Of a DNA stretch of 64,000 nt, positions 7,963 to 17,306 are shown piece after piece (position 1 is the first letter of the stretch; every line of letters begins with the position of its first letter). The notes under the pieces were generated by a model, which was given only the letters and a program-made list of their open reading frames with translations, did not search any database and was not told the origin of the DNA. Source of the stretch: Patescibacteria group bacterium (GTDB lineage: Bacteria > Patescibacteriota > Microgenomatia > JAMCZE01). The stretch is from NCBI GenBank assembly GCA_023485845.1, contig JAMCZE010000010.1:20160-84159 (forward strand). Direction: 5' to 3'. Position numbers and translations under genes: made by a program.

Positions 7963-9846
7963 ATGCAAAGTCAAGTTGGTCAATTGCCATCGAAGATACC
8001 ATTTGTTGGACCGGTTTTTGCCAAGCGGTTGGAAAAATTAGGAATCTATAGCGCTGACGATCTACTGCACCATCTGCCCTTTCGCTATGACAACTTTGCC
8101 CAGGTGGCCAAAATTGCCTCTTTGCAGGAGGGGGAGACCGTCACCGTTCAGGGGAAAATTCTAGAAATTAAAAACCAATACACCCGCCGCGGTTTTGTTC
8201 TCCAGCAGGCAAAAATGGCTGACGACAGCGGCACTCTGGACGTTATTTGGTTTAACCAACCGTTTTTGACCCGAATCTTGCACACCAATGATCCGACCAG
8301 TTTGTCCGGTAAAATTGAAAAAAAAGGAAATAAGCTAATTTTGAAGTCTCCAAAGTACGAACATCTAGCTTCAAGAGAGGTGGTCTCGCGAAGCTACGAG
8401 ACCACCTCTCAGGAAATGATCCACACCGGCCGATTGGTCCCGGTCTACCCGGAGACGCAAGGTATCTCCAGCAAATGGCTGCGAAATAAGATTCATCATC
8501 TGCTGGCAACAAATCTGGACCAACGGCTCCACCAGGTTCATTTTCCTGACAGCCTGGAGCAGGCCGAGCAAGCCAGAGAGCAACTGGCTTTTGAAGAGCT
8601 GCAGGCCGCTTTTGAGAAGGCCCGAAAGCGAAAAGAAGAATGGCAGCAAAAAGCTGTCGGCCGGAAATTTAAAATTGTAGAAATCCGTGACCAACTGACA
8701 ACATTTGTTAAAAACCTTCCCTTCTCTTTAACCGGGGCCCAGAAACGAGTGATTAACGAGATTTACAAAGATCTGGCCAGGGAAGTGCCTATGAACCGGC
8801 TGCTTCAGGGTGATGTCGGCTCCGGCAAAACAGTGGTGGCCGCCCTGGCAATGCTGGCCGCCCACCTTAACGGTTTTCAATCGGCGCTGATGGCCCCCAC
8901 CGAAATTCTCGCCCAGCAGCACTACCAAACATTAACCACGCTCTTGGCACCGCTGAAAATCGGTGTCGGCCTAGCGACTGGCGCTTCTAAGGACTATGTA
9001 AATTATGACGTAATTGTCGGCACCCATGCTTTAATCGCCGACCAGTTAAAATTTAAAAACCTTGGCCTGGCGGTGATTGACGAACAACACCGCTTCGGCG
9101 TGGAGCAGCGGGGAAAGCTGGCTGCTAAGGGGAAAAATCCCCACGTTCTGACGATGACGGCCACTCCCATTCCCCGAACAGTGGCGTTAACCCTCTACGG
9201 TGACCAGGATATGTCCGTTTTGGACGAAATGCCGCCGGGACGAAAACTGGTCAAAACCTGGTTAGTTCCTCCCGGCAAACGAGACGCGGCTTACCAGTGG
9301 ATTAAGGATCAACATTCCCAAGCTTTTATTATTTGTCCGCTTATTGAGGACTCAGAAACCCTGGCCGATGTCAAAGCCGTTAAATCGGAGTATGCGCGCT
9401 TACAAAAAGAGATTTTTCCAAATCTGAAATTGGGTCTGCTTCATGGCCAAGTTAAGGACAAAGATAAAATTATCGACAGTTTTCGCCGAAAGAAGACCGA
9501 TATTCTTGTGGCCACTCCGGTCGTGGAAGTTGGGCTGGACATTCCTGACGCCACCATTATGCTCATTGAGGCGGCGGACCGTTTTGGTTTGGCCCAGTTG
9601 CATCAACTGCGCGGCCGGGTGGGGCGCGCCGGCCAACAGGCTTATTGCCTCCTATTCAGCGATAATTCCGCCGCCAGCCAACGGCTAAAGTGTTTGGAAA
9701 AAGTTAATAACGGATTGGAACTGGCGGAAATTGACTTAAAACTGCGTGGTCCAGGGCAGCGTTTCGGGGCCAGTCAGCACGGCCAATGGGAGCTAAAAAT
9801 TGCCACCCTTGCAGATTTGCAAAAATTCAGTACAATTAAAGCATGA
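7963..9846 (+). CDS. recG: ATP-dependent DNA helicase RecG
   Basis: Walker A GDVGSGKT, VIDEQHRFGV, and a helicase C-terminal region; I chose the ATG at 7963 within the tool ORF. Confidence 0.9.
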   Translation: MQSQVGQLPSKIPFVGPVFAKRLEKLGIYSADDLLHHLPFRYDNFAQVAKIASLQEGETVTVQGKILEIKNQYTRRGFVLQQAKMADDSGTLDVIWFNQPFLTRILHTNDPTSLSGKIEKKGNKLILKSPKYEHLASREVVSRSYETTSQEMIHTGRLVPVYPETQGISSKWLRNKIHHLLATNLDQRLHQVHFPDSLEQAEQAREQLAFEELQAAFEKARKRKEEWQQKAVGRKFKIVEIRDQLTTFVKNLPFSLTGAQKRVINEIYKDLAREVPMNRLLQGDVGSGKTVVAALAMLAAHLNGFQSALMAPTEILAQQHYQTLTTLLAPLKIGVGLATGASKDYVNYDVIVGTHALIADQLKFKNLGLAVIDEQHRFGVEQRGKLAAKGKNPHVLTMTATPIPRTVALTLYGDQDMSVLDEMPPGRKLVKTWLVPPGKRDAAYQWIKDQHSQAFIICPLIEDSETLADVKAVKSEYARLQKEIFPNLKLGLLHGQVKDKDKIIDSFRRKKTDILVATPVVEVGLDIPDATIMLIEAADRFGLAQLHQLRGRVGRAGQQAYCLLFSDNSAASQRLKCLEKVNNGLELAEIDLKLRGPGQRFGASQHGQWELKIATLADLQKFSTIKA

Positions 9847-10013
9847 CACCGTTACCAAAGCGAAAGCTATCGACCAGGCGGCAAGGTGACCGGCGATCGC
9901 ATTTCCGGCTAAAGTTGCCCGGATTATCTTTGTGCTCTAATTGCCACAAGCCAATTATCTCGCACCGGGCCTGTCCGCACTGTGGTTTCTATCACGGGAG
10001 AAAAGTCCGATGA
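9843..10013 (+). CDS. rpmF: 50S ribosomal protein L32
   Basis: 56 aa, MTPLPKRKLSTRRQGDRRSHFRLKLPGLSLCSNCHKPIISHRACPHCGFYHGRKVR; the Zn-ribbon CxxC...CxxC is typical of L32. Missed by the ORF track (<60 aa). Confidence 0.8.
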   Translation: MTPLPKRKLSTRRQGDRRSHFRLKLPGLSLCSNCHKPIISHRACPHCGFYHGRKVR

Positions 10014-10594
10014 AAACACCGCTTGATCCCAGACACCTGCGCCGGCGAAAGCAAGTTCAGGAGTTATTCGCTTGGGAGGCGCAATCAAAAGTCAAAAATC
10101 AAAAGTCAAAAATCAAAAGTCACGACGACGGGGTTGAAAGAACCATAAATTCGTTAGAATTAATCGACAAAATAATCAGCGAGGCGGCGCCGGAGTGGGA
10201 GATTGCCAAAATTAACCAGATTGACTTGGCCATCCTGCGGCTGGCTGTTTTTGAACTGGTGGTGGAGGCAACCGAACCGCCAAAAGTGATTATTGATGAG
10301 GCCATTGAACTGGCCAAAGAATTTGGTAACGAAGCCTCGCCTAGCTTTATCAATGGAGCGCTGGCTAAAGTGCTGGTCAGTCGGCGCCGGGCGCTGGCCA
10401 TTATCGCCAACAAACTCGGGGTGGAGACGGCAAAGCTGACTCCGGAGGCAAATTTTAAACAAGACCTAAACATCACCGACCTGGAATTGGCGGATTTGAA
10501 AAGCACCTTAGAACGTCAATTCGCCGTCTCTTTTGAAAAGGCGCCGAAGATTCAAACCGTTAATGACCTTTTGGAAATTATTGAAGAAGAATGA
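10010..10594 (+). CDS. nusB: NusB antitermination factor fused to a C-terminal acyl-carrier-protein-like domain (degenerate; Ser replaced by Asp)
   Basis: N-terminal HLRRRKQVQELFAWEAQ... is NusB-like. The C-terminal ~65 aa, LGVETAKLTPEANFKQDLNITDLELADLKSTLERQF, align to the ACP helix II region (DLGADSLDTVEL) but show TDL instead of DSL. The ORF is continuous. ATGA start overlap with rpmF. Confidence 0.65.
   Translation: MKTPLDPRHLRRRKQVQELFAWEAQSKVKNQKSKIKSHDDGVERTINSLELIDKIISEAAPEWEIAKINQIDLAILRLAVFELVVEATEPPKVIIDEAIELAKEFGNEASPSFINGALAKVLVSRRRALAIIANKLGVETAKLTPEANFKQDLNITDLELADLKSTLERQFAVSFEKAPKIQTVNDLLEIIEEE
10085..10120. repeat. TCAAAAG/TCAAAAA heptamer x5, in-frame in nusB (encodes SKVKNQKSKIKS)
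   Basis: Read directly. Confidence 0.8.
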
Positions 10595-11238
10595 TTACGA
10601 TTCCATTTAAGGACCCGCGCCTTTTGGACCAAGCTCTGACCCACCGATCATTTTTAAATGAAGACTCCAAAACCACCGTTTCCAATGAACGGCTGGAATT
10701 TTTGGGCGACAGTGTTTTGTCCCTAATCGTCTCCACCGAACTATTTGCCCGCTTTCCCAACTATCCGGAGGGGAAACTAACTTCGCTGCGCTCCGCCTTG
10801 GTGCGAACAAAAACCCTGGCAAAGCTGGCCAAAGCCTTAAACTACGGCGATGCCCTGAAAATGAGCCGGGGAGAGGAGAAAACCGGCGGGCGGGAAAATG
10901 AATCGCTCTTGGCCGACACCTTTGAAGCAGTGTTGGGCGCCATTTATCTGGACCAGGGTCTGGAAGCCGCCCGGAAGTTTTTGCAAACCCATCTCTTCCC
11001 TTTAATTGACGGGCAAACCATTTTTGACTATAAAAGCAAGCTGCAGGAAGTCACCCAACAACAGAAAAAAGTCTCCCCGATTTATAGAGTGCTGTCGGAA
11101 ACCGGCCCGGACCACGATAAGGTTTTTGTCGTGGGTGTTTATCTTTCTAGCAAGCTTTTGGCCCAAGGATCGGGCAAAAGCAAACAGGAGGCCCAACAGG
11201 AAGCCGCCCATCTTGCGCTGGAAGGACAAAAAGGATAA
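10591..11238 (+). CDS. rnc: ribonuclease III
   Basis: ERLEFLGDSVL signature and a C-terminal dsRBD. Confidence 0.9.
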   Translation: MITIPFKDPRLLDQALTHRSFLNEDSKTTVSNERLEFLGDSVLSLIVSTELFARFPNYPEGKLTSLRSALVRTKTLAKLAKALNYGDALKMSRGEEKTGGRENESLLADTFEAVLGAIYLDQGLEAARKFLQTHLFPLIDGQTIFDYKSKLQEVTQQQKKVSPIYRVLSETGPDHDKVFVVGVYLSSKLLAQGSGKSKQEAQQEAAHLALEGQKG

Positions 11239-11247
11239 AATACCCCC

Positions 11248-11481
11248 ATGGCGGTGAAATTAAGACTCACCAGAATCGGAAAAACCGGCAACGCCCAATA
11301 CCGGCTGATTGCGATTGATGAACACAAGCGGCGCGGCGGCCGGGCCATTGAAGTGCTTGGCTCTTACAACCCCCATCAGAAAGTTAAAAGTCAAAAGTTA
11401 AAAGTCAAAAGTGAAAGAATTAAATATTGGTTGTCGGTCGGGGCAAAACCTACCGAAACCGTTGCCCAGCTTCTCAAATGA
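11248..11481 (+). CDS. rpsP: 30S ribosomal protein S16
   Basis: MAVKLRLTRIGKTGNAQYRLIAIDEHKRRGGRAIEVLGSYNP; carries a heptamer-repeat insertion. Confidence 0.85.
   Translation: MAVKLRLTRIGKTGNAQYRLIAIDEHKRRGGRAIEVLGSYNPHQKVKSQKLKVKSERIKYWLSVGAKPTETVAQLLK
11384..11418. repeat. TTAAAAG/TCAAAAG heptamer array, in-frame in rpsP (QKVKSQKLKVKSE)
   Basis: Read directly. Confidence 0.8.
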
Positions 11482-11711
11482 AAAGCTTTTTAGAATATCT
11501 CGTTCAAAACATCGTTGATAAGCCAGAAGCGGTGCACGTTTCGGAAGAATCTCAGGCGGGGATGACAGTGTTAAAACTGTCTGTTGACGGCGCCGACATG
11601 GGCAAAGTGATTGGCAAAAGCGGCCGGATCATTAAAGCCATCCGCGATTTGACCCGAATTTTAGCCGTGAAGCAAAACGCCCGCGTTAACGTTGTGGTGT
11701 CGGAAGAGTAA
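11478..11711 (+). CDS. KH-domain RNA-binding protein (YlqC/UPF0109-like)
   Basis: GKVIGKSGRIIKAIRDL KH motif; its position after rpsP matches rpsP-ylqC synteny in other bacteria. Confidence 0.7.
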   Translation: MKSFLEYLVQNIVDKPEAVHVSEESQAGMTVLKLSVDGADMGKVIGKSGRIIKAIRDLTRILAVKQNARVNVVVSEE

Positions 11712-12339
11712 ATAGATCTACCGAACTAAAGGTCCCCAGCAGTTTTTTGTCTGCCTCACTGATTGTTGGCATTGATTGCCAACTGGTGACACCGTTTTGG
11801 GGAGGAAGATAATAAACAATTAGGCTCACCGTTCCCCCGGCCGGATTGTCCGCCAAATTATAGTTTAAGTCAGTTGCCCCCAGCAGTTGGGTGGCCGTCT
11901 GCACCCGGGAGACAAAATCCGTCAGACTAGTCAACTCTCCCGAAACCGACAGGCCCACCGGGATCGCCTTCACTCCCGAACCAACATCAATGTCTCCGCT
12001 GGAACTGGCAATTAGTCCCGGAGAGAAATTAATGTCCTTAAGAATCACTCCGGAAGCGGCCGCCAGATCGTTAAGGCCGGTCACCAGTCCGGAAGTCTTT
12101 TTCTCATCAGGCAAAACCGCTGTCACTCGGTCAACCTGACCCGCCAGAATCTTTTCGTCAAGCGAGTTTAAATACGTCGTGGCTTGTTTTAGCCCGGCAA
12201 CATCCTTGGCAGTCGTGGTCAGTTCTTCGTTCATTGCCAAAATGCTATTGACCTTACCGGGGAAAACAACAACGGCCGCGACCAGTTCGCTGGCGATCAG
12301 ACTACCGAGGAGCATGTTAATTATTAAATTTCGGTTCAT
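11686..12339 (-). CDS. pilO: type IV pilus assembly protein PilO-like
   Basis: N-terminal TM segment, coiled coil, and a position downstream of pilM-pilN. Confidence 0.55.
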   Translation of the reverse strand: MNRNLIINMLLGSLIASELVAAVVVFPGKVNSILAMNEELTTTAKDVAGLKQATTYLNSLDEKILAGQVDRVTAVLPDEKKTSGLVTGLNDLAAASGVILKDINFSPGLIASSSGDIDVGSGVKAIPVGLSVSGELTSLTDFVSRVQTATQLLGATDLNYNLADNPAGGTVSLIVYYLPPQNGVTSWQSMPTISEADKKLLGTFSSVDLFTLPTPQR

Positions 12340-12887
12340 AGTTTGCTTTTATCAAATTGGCCTGTTAGATCAAAATTAAAAGTGCCATCAGCGTTTAGGG
12401 TCATTGCTGTTAGCGTAACATTATTGAAAAATTTCGCGGTGGTCGGACTGGTGATTTGGTCGACATAAGCATTAAAGGCCGACTGATCCTGGCAATTCAC
12501 CTTAATGCTGACGTTGCCGTTAACACTAACCTCTTCCAGGGCATAAGTCACCCCACCGATGCTGCGAAAATCGGTTAGCTTTTTTAAGATGGCCGTAATA
12601 TCCGGCCGAGTGGTTTGCACCATCCGGATCCCCATTAGTTTGTTCTTTAATTTCACCAGTTGAGCAGCTTTGGCGGCATCGGCGGAAAATTGAGCCGCCA
12701 ATTGCTGCTTTTGGACCGATATATCAGTCAGGCGCCGATCCCAATAACTTTCAATCACCAGCAGGCTGGCCAAGGTTACCAAAAAAATTATTGACACGGA
12801 GATTGCCCCCGTCACCAACCGGCGGCGCAGAGCCGCCTCTTTTTTCGATAAAAGATTCTTAGGGGGGAGCAGATTTATTTCAATCAT
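12336..12887 (-). CDS. pilN: type IV pilus assembly protein PilN
   Basis: MIEINLLPP start, a single TM segment, coiled coil; overlaps pilM and pilO by 4 nt. Confidence 0.7.
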   Translation of the reverse strand: MIEINLLPPKNLLSKKEAALRRRLVTGAISVSIIFLVTLASLLVIESYWDRRLTDISVQKQQLAAQFSADAAKAAQLVKLKNKLMGIRMVQTTRPDITAILKKLTDFRSIGGVTYALEEVSVNGNVSIKVNCQDQSAFNAYVDQITSPTTAKFFNNVTLTAMTLNADGTFNFDLTGQFDKSKL

Positions 12888-13894
12888 GTTTGTTTTTGGG
12901 CAAGACCAACCGCCACCGTAAAAACTGCACCGCTCTCGCCAATGTCTTTTTTTTGCATATCTGTTAATCCCACACTAGCAAACGGGTTGCCAATTTGCAC
13001 CTCCATGCCCAGCGCAATGGCGGCATATTGCACCAAACCCGACAGCTGGGCCAGGCCACCGGAAAGAACGACTCTTTTAACAGGATCATTGACTTGTTTG
13101 CTTTCATAAAAGGCGAGAGCGCGTTTAATTTCGCCAATAATTAAATCAACCACCGGTTTAATGGCCGTGGCAACTTTTCCTTCGAGTTTAGTTTCATCCA
13201 AACCATAGGAACGCATATACTCCTGCGCTTGCAGTTGTTCCATCTTCAAATTTCCCGCCAAGGCGCGGGCCACCCCCGTGCCGCCGTAGCCGATTGACTG
13301 GGTCAAAACCAGGTTGCCTTGCCGGGCCACCGCAATAGTCGAGGTCTCTGCACCTAAATGCACCACCAAACTGGTGGGGGCGTTAGGATCTGACAAAAGG
13401 GACCTAATCACGGCCAGAATTTCCGTTTCCACCGCCAGAACGTCTAAGCCCGCCTGAGAAAAAATCTGCAAATAACGGTTCATCACTTCATTGGGAACCG
13501 CCACTAAGAGCACGCTCATTTTTGCGCCCGGCACGCCTGGCTCCGGTTCACTTAACACCTGGTGTTTCAAAATCACATCGTCCAGAGGCACGGGAATATA
13601 TTGTTCCGCTTGAAAGGCAATAGTGGAAGTCAGCTCCGGCTCCACCAATTGCGGCATCTCCACCACTCGGGTGTAGACCAAGGATTCCGGCAAACTGAAA
13701 ATAACCGTTTTAACCGTCGTCTTAATTTGAGCCAGCAATTTTTTAATCGCTGCCACCCGGGCGGGGTCATCCTGACCAGCAGCTGCCTGGCCCAAAGCCG
13801 CTAATTGAAATTTTCCTAACCCGACCGAAGACAATTGCACCAGCTTGATAGCAGTGGAACCAACGTCTACGCCGATGTGATTTTCCCACTTCAT
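12884..13894 (-). CDS. pilM: type IV pilus assembly protein PilM (actin-like ATPase fold)
   Basis: IGVDVGSTAIKLV N-terminus, 336 aa. Confidence 0.8.
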   Translation of the reverse strand: MKWENHIGVDVGSTAIKLVQLSSVGLGKFQLAALGQAAAGQDDPARVAAIKKLLAQIKTTVKTVIFSLPESLVYTRVVEMPQLVEPELTSTIAFQAEQYIPVPLDDVILKHQVLSEPEPGVPGAKMSVLLVAVPNEVMNRYLQIFSQAGLDVLAVETEILAVIRSLLSDPNAPTSLVVHLGAETSTIAVARQGNLVLTQSIGYGGTGVARALAGNLKMEQLQAQEYMRSYGLDETKLEGKVATAIKPVVDLIIGEIKRALAFYESKQVNDPVKRVVLSGGLAQLSGLVQYAAIALGMEVQIGNPFASVGLTDMQKKDIGESGAVFTVAVGLAQKQT

Positions 13895-13897
13895 AGT

Positions 13898-14713
13898 TTA
13901 GTAGCCAAGGTTGCCGCCGTTGAAAATAACGCTGTCAAAAACCGTCGGCAGAGTCCCGGAAATCAAAGTGGACTGCACTTTTTTGGTGACACCCCCGGAA
14001 GTGGTGGCAATAGCCGTCACTTGGTAGTTTTGCAATGACAAACCAACGGCGCTATTTCCTGAAGCAAAGCCGCAAACGGCCACGTCGGAACTGGCATACA
14101 GCGGCTTCACCCGCAAAAGCTGGTCACCATTATTAAAAGGAATTTCCGCCACTCCGGTGCAACTGCCATTATTAAACGAGTTGTCAGCACAGCCGGACGA
14201 AACACAGGCGGAACCGGGCATGGGGGTAGCAAAATTGTTCGCCGGATTGGAATTATCGGGACTGCGGTCATAAATGTAACGCGTCAGCACGTTGTTTTTG
14301 TCTATTTTAATAATTTCCAGCGCCGCGTTCGGGTTTTTCCAAAGAACCGCCAGCGATTTAACATTGGGCTGCAAGCCGGATAGATCAATCTGGTAAACAT
14401 CGTCCTGGGCCACCGCTGGCATCAAGCCATAGGAAGAGGTGTCCGCGCAAACCGTATATTGAACGCCTTTAATTCCGTTAAGCGACAGCCCGCTGGCCGC
14501 CAGGGGCGTGCAGGAATTGGAACCTTGGCTAAGTTGATTTAAACCATATTGAATCCCGGCCTCCGCCGCCGCCAGCGCTTTTGTCCCTTGGTCCACCACT
14601 GTCACTTGTTTTAGATCCGACAGGGACCGGCTGGCCACCGAAAGGCTGATTGTTAAACCCACCAACCCTAAAAGAATAGCTAAAATGGCAATTTGTCCCC
14701 GCTTTGGTTTCAT
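13898..14713 (-). CDS. hypothetical membrane-anchored secreted protein in the T4P operon (possible minor pilin/PilX-like)
   Basis: N-terminal hydrophobic anchor with no canonical prepilin cleavage motif; operon context only. Confidence 0.4.
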   Translation of the reverse strand: MKPKRGQIAILAILLGLVGLTISLSVASRSLSDLKQVTVVDQGTKALAAAEAGIQYGLNQLSQGSNSCTPLAASGLSLNGIKGVQYTVCADTSSYGLMPAVAQDDVYQIDLSGLQPNVKSLAVLWKNPNAALEIIKIDKNNVLTRYIYDRSPDNSNPANNFATPMPGSACVSSGCADNSFNNGSCTGVAEIPFNNGDQLLRVKPLYASSDVAVCGFASGNSAVGLSLQNYQVTAIATTSGGVTKKVQSTLISGTLPTVFDSVIFNGGNLGY

Positions 14714-14725
14714 ATATTCATCATA

Positions 14726-15280
14726 TCATTTTGTCCGCAATGTGATCGAGTCGGATAATTTGACTGAGGCACAAAAATCTGAGCGGACAAGACCAGGCAA
14801 CTGCTGGGCCCAAACACTGACGGTCACCGGCACGTCATCCGGCACCTTGCCGGCCGGGGAAATCACTAAACCGGGCTGGCAGCTGCTGCCCGTGCCGCCG
14901 CAAGCCGCCGTCCCACCAGCGGAACAATCCAAGATGGCCGTGTTAGCAGAATTAAGCACCCCCACCCCTGATTTTGTCACCACCCCATTGCCATCCTGCG
15001 AGTAGGTCACCGTGTTGCCGTTAGAGCACGTGGCATCAACGGCATCATCGGAAATTTGCAGCAAGGTGGCGGTGGAATAAACACATTTGGCCTGGCGAAT
15101 TTGGGCTGCCACGTCCTGCAAAATCAAACTAGCGTTCTCCCGGACATCATTTTCAATTGTTGCCTGGTTGGCATTACGCACTGTTTGAATGAGAAAATCG
15201 GAGCCGCCAACCATGATGACCCCAAGAATTGCCATGGTGATCATAATCTCGATTAAAGTGAACCCTCGATTTTTTTTCAT
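14726..15280 (-). CDS. prepilin-type N-terminal cleavage/methylation domain protein (pseudopilin/minor pilin)
   Basis: KNRGFTLIEIMITMAILGVI prepilin motif; internal start chosen at MKKNRG. Confidence 0.7.
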   Translation of the reverse strand: MKKNRGFTLIEIMITMAILGVIMVGGSDFLIQTVRNANQATIENDVRENASLILQDVAAQIRQAKCVYSTATLLQISDDAVDATCSNGNTVTYSQDGNGVVTKSGVGVLNSANTAILDCSAGGTAACGGTGSSCQPGLVISPAGKVPDDVPVTVSVWAQQLPGLVRSDFCASVKLSDSITLRTK

Positions 15281-15741
15281 TAATACGAATAAAAACTGCT
15301 GTCCAACTCCTGCACCCGGCAAATGCCGCCAACATCCGGCCAATTAACAAACACCTGGGCCAACACTGCTCCGCTATTAATCGTTAGCTTAATATAGCGG
15401 GACAAAGTTAAATTTCCCGTCACCGGTTGGCCGGAAACGCAAGCGGGGGATTGGGGAGAGGAAATTGGGCAGCCGCCGCCCAGGACCGTTAATGTCAATC
15501 CGTCGTCGGCAAAATAGTAGCATTTGTTATTGGCCTTGTTATAAAGCGTTTGGAAACCGTTAACCTGATAGTAATTGCGCAGCTGTTCCATGGCTTGCTG
15601 GGCAGCTGCCACTGACTGGTTTTTTAGCTTGGCGGAGCCGTTAAGGGAAATCACCGCCAGCATTAAGGAGATCACGGCCGCCGTGATTATAGCCAAAATC
15701 ATTATGGCCACCATGGTTTCGATAATAGTAAAGGCGCGCAT
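15280..15741 (-). CDS. prepilin-type N-terminal cleavage/methylation domain protein (pseudopilin/minor pilin)
   Basis: MRAFTIIETMVAIMIL motif. Confidence 0.7.
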   Translation of the reverse strand: MRAFTIIETMVAIMILAIITAAVISLMLAVISLNGSAKLKNQSVAAAQQAMEQLRNYYQVNGFQTLYNKANNKCYYFADDGLTLTVLGGGCPISSPQSPACVSGQPVTGNLTLSRYIKLTINSGAVLAQVFVNWPDVGGICRVQELDSSFYSY

Positions 15742-16412
15742 AGGGCAGCAAGAACAACACCGGCAACCAAAAATGGTCCCAAAGCTATTGTGTCAGAAAA
15801 ACGAACTTTCTTCAACACCAAGAGCGCCAAGGCCCAGGCCCCGCCCAAAACAAAAGCGATCCAAAAGGCAATCAAGGTTTGCGGCCAACCCATCACCCAG
15901 CCGATGAGAAAAGCCAAATAGATGTCTCCTTCACCCATGCCTTTACCACGGGTAATCCTGACGATAAACCAAAAAATCAGCCCGGAAAGTATTCCAGTCA
16001 ATAAATTTGGTACTAAATTTAAAATTAGGGCAAGGAACGAGCCCATGACGATCATTTCCATCGGGATTAGTCCATAAATTAAATCGGAGAAGAAAATGAC
16101 AATAAACACCGCGGCTAAACCAAGTAGGGCCGGCTGGAAACCAATAACGGCAAAAGATGCCGCCGTAACTAGCTCCACCACCGGATATTGCCAGCTAATT
16201 TTTTTATGACAATACCGGCAGTTGCCCTTTAACAGTAAAAACGAGAGGAGGGGAACATTATCAGTCCAGGAAAGCTGGTGTCGGCAGCGCGGACAAAAAC
16301 TTCTCCCTTGCCACCACTTCGGTGCCTTCGGCGTATTCAGCCGGTAGATTAAAACGTTCAAAAAGCTGCCAATGATTAGCCCCAGGAAAAATAAAAAAAT
16401 CACAACTTGCAT
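15702..16412 (-). CDS. pilD: prepilin peptidase (A24 family)
   Basis: N-terminal CPRC...CRYC zinc-binding motif plus a polytopic membrane domain. Confidence 0.8.
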   Translation of the reverse strand: MQVVIFLFFLGLIIGSFLNVLIYRLNTPKAPKWWQGRSFCPRCRHQLSWTDNVPLLSFLLLKGNCRYCHKKISWQYPVVELVTAASFAVIGFQPALLGLAAVFIVIFFSDLIYGLIPMEMIVMGSFLALILNLVPNLLTGILSGLIFWFIVRITRGKGMGEGDIYLAFLIGWVMGWPQTLIAFWIAFVLGGAWALALLVLKKVRFSDTIALGPFLVAGVVLAALCAPLLLSKPWWP

Positions 16413-16441
16413 TTGTAATTAATTCAACCAATAATTATTGT

Positions 16442-16609
16442 ATGTCAGACACAAAAATTTTGCAGGCGATTTTAAACGGACAAGCAGCAATCCGGGAAGT
16501 GATTGAAAAACTAGAGAAAAGGGTCGATGCCGGATTCCAAAGAGTCGATGAGCGGTTTGACAAAATGGAGAAGAGAATAGCCTCGCTGGGAGAGACCCTG
16601 CGAGCCTAA
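16442..16609 (+). CDS. small coiled-coil protein, paralog family member 2 (55 aa)
   Basis: MSDTKILQAILNGQAAIREVIEKLEKRVDAGFQRVDERFDKMEKRIASLGETLRA; shares the VD.GF..V.ERFD motif with 4800-5126. Missed by the ORF track. Confidence 0.35.
   Translation: MSDTKILQAILNGQAAIREVIEKLEKRVDAGFQRVDERFDKMEKRIASLGETLRA
16581..16603. repeat. 23-bp direct repeat, copy 1 (cctcgctgggagagaccctgcga), at the 3' end of the small ORF
   Basis: 22/23 identical to 17226-17248; the pair brackets def. Confidence 0.7.
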
Positions 16610-17178
16610 GAAAACAGCGGTCTATCCCTTAAAACTTCTTTTAACGGATCGTCAGTAACAATTTCCAGACTTCCCGGCTGTGCAACGTCAATGTTTAGTT
16701 CACCGTGCAAGTGGCGTTCTTCATGCTGCCAGAGTCTTGCCAGAAAACCATCAACTTCTTTGGTTATCAGATTTCCCTTAAAATCAGTCCACTTCATGGT
16801 TATTCGCTCCGGCCGCCTGACATCACCCCAAATGATTCCGGAGCTTAGGCATAATTCCCGATAGTAGTTATACGTGTCGGATGAGGCGGTGATTCCAGGG
16901 TTAATGTAGCCTTGTACTTCATCATCAAGAAAAGTAACGAATACCGATTTACTTATGCCAATTTGCGGGGCAGCCAGGCCACGGCCGTAGCCCACCAGCT
17001 TGCGGTAGTGAACCAAAACATCACCAAGATTTCGACCGATTTCCACCCCCTCGGCTAAAGTTGCTTCTTGCGTCTCCTGCCGCAGGATCGGATCGCCGGC
17101 ATAGCGAAACTGTGGAAACTCCTTAAAAACTCTTTGAAAGTTTTGGATTGTTCTATCGATCGATTCAGCGCGCGTCAT
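16606..17178 (-). CDS. def: peptide deformylase
   Basis: GLAAPQIG (motif I), ELCLS (motif II, Cys ligand), QHEERHLHG (HExxH motif III). Confidence 0.7.
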   Translation of the reverse strand: MTRAESIDRTIQNFQRVFKEFPQFRYAGDPILRQETQEATLAEGVEIGRNLGDVLVHYRKLVGYGRGLAAPQIGISKSVFVTFLDDEVQGYINPGITASSDTYNYYRELCLSSGIIWGDVRRPERITMKWTDFKGNLITKEVDGFLARLWQHEERHLHGELNIDVAQPGSLEIVTDDPLKEVLRDRPLFS

Positions 17179-17225
17179 TAGACTTATTTTACCATAGGAA
17201 TCATAGTTTAGCACTCGTCTTGTAG

Positions 17226-17248
17226 CCTCACTGGGAGAGACCCTGCGA
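17226..17248. repeat. 23-bp direct repeat, copy 2 (cctcactgggagagaccctgcga)
   Basis: Continues in frame as ...SLGETLRSSK*, a duplicated 3' end of the small ORF at 16442-16609. Confidence 0.7.
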
Positions 17249-17306
17249 AGCAGCAAATGAGCAAATGGGTTTTTACGCCCGGCAGGTTGTCTGGTAAACT
17301 TATAGG

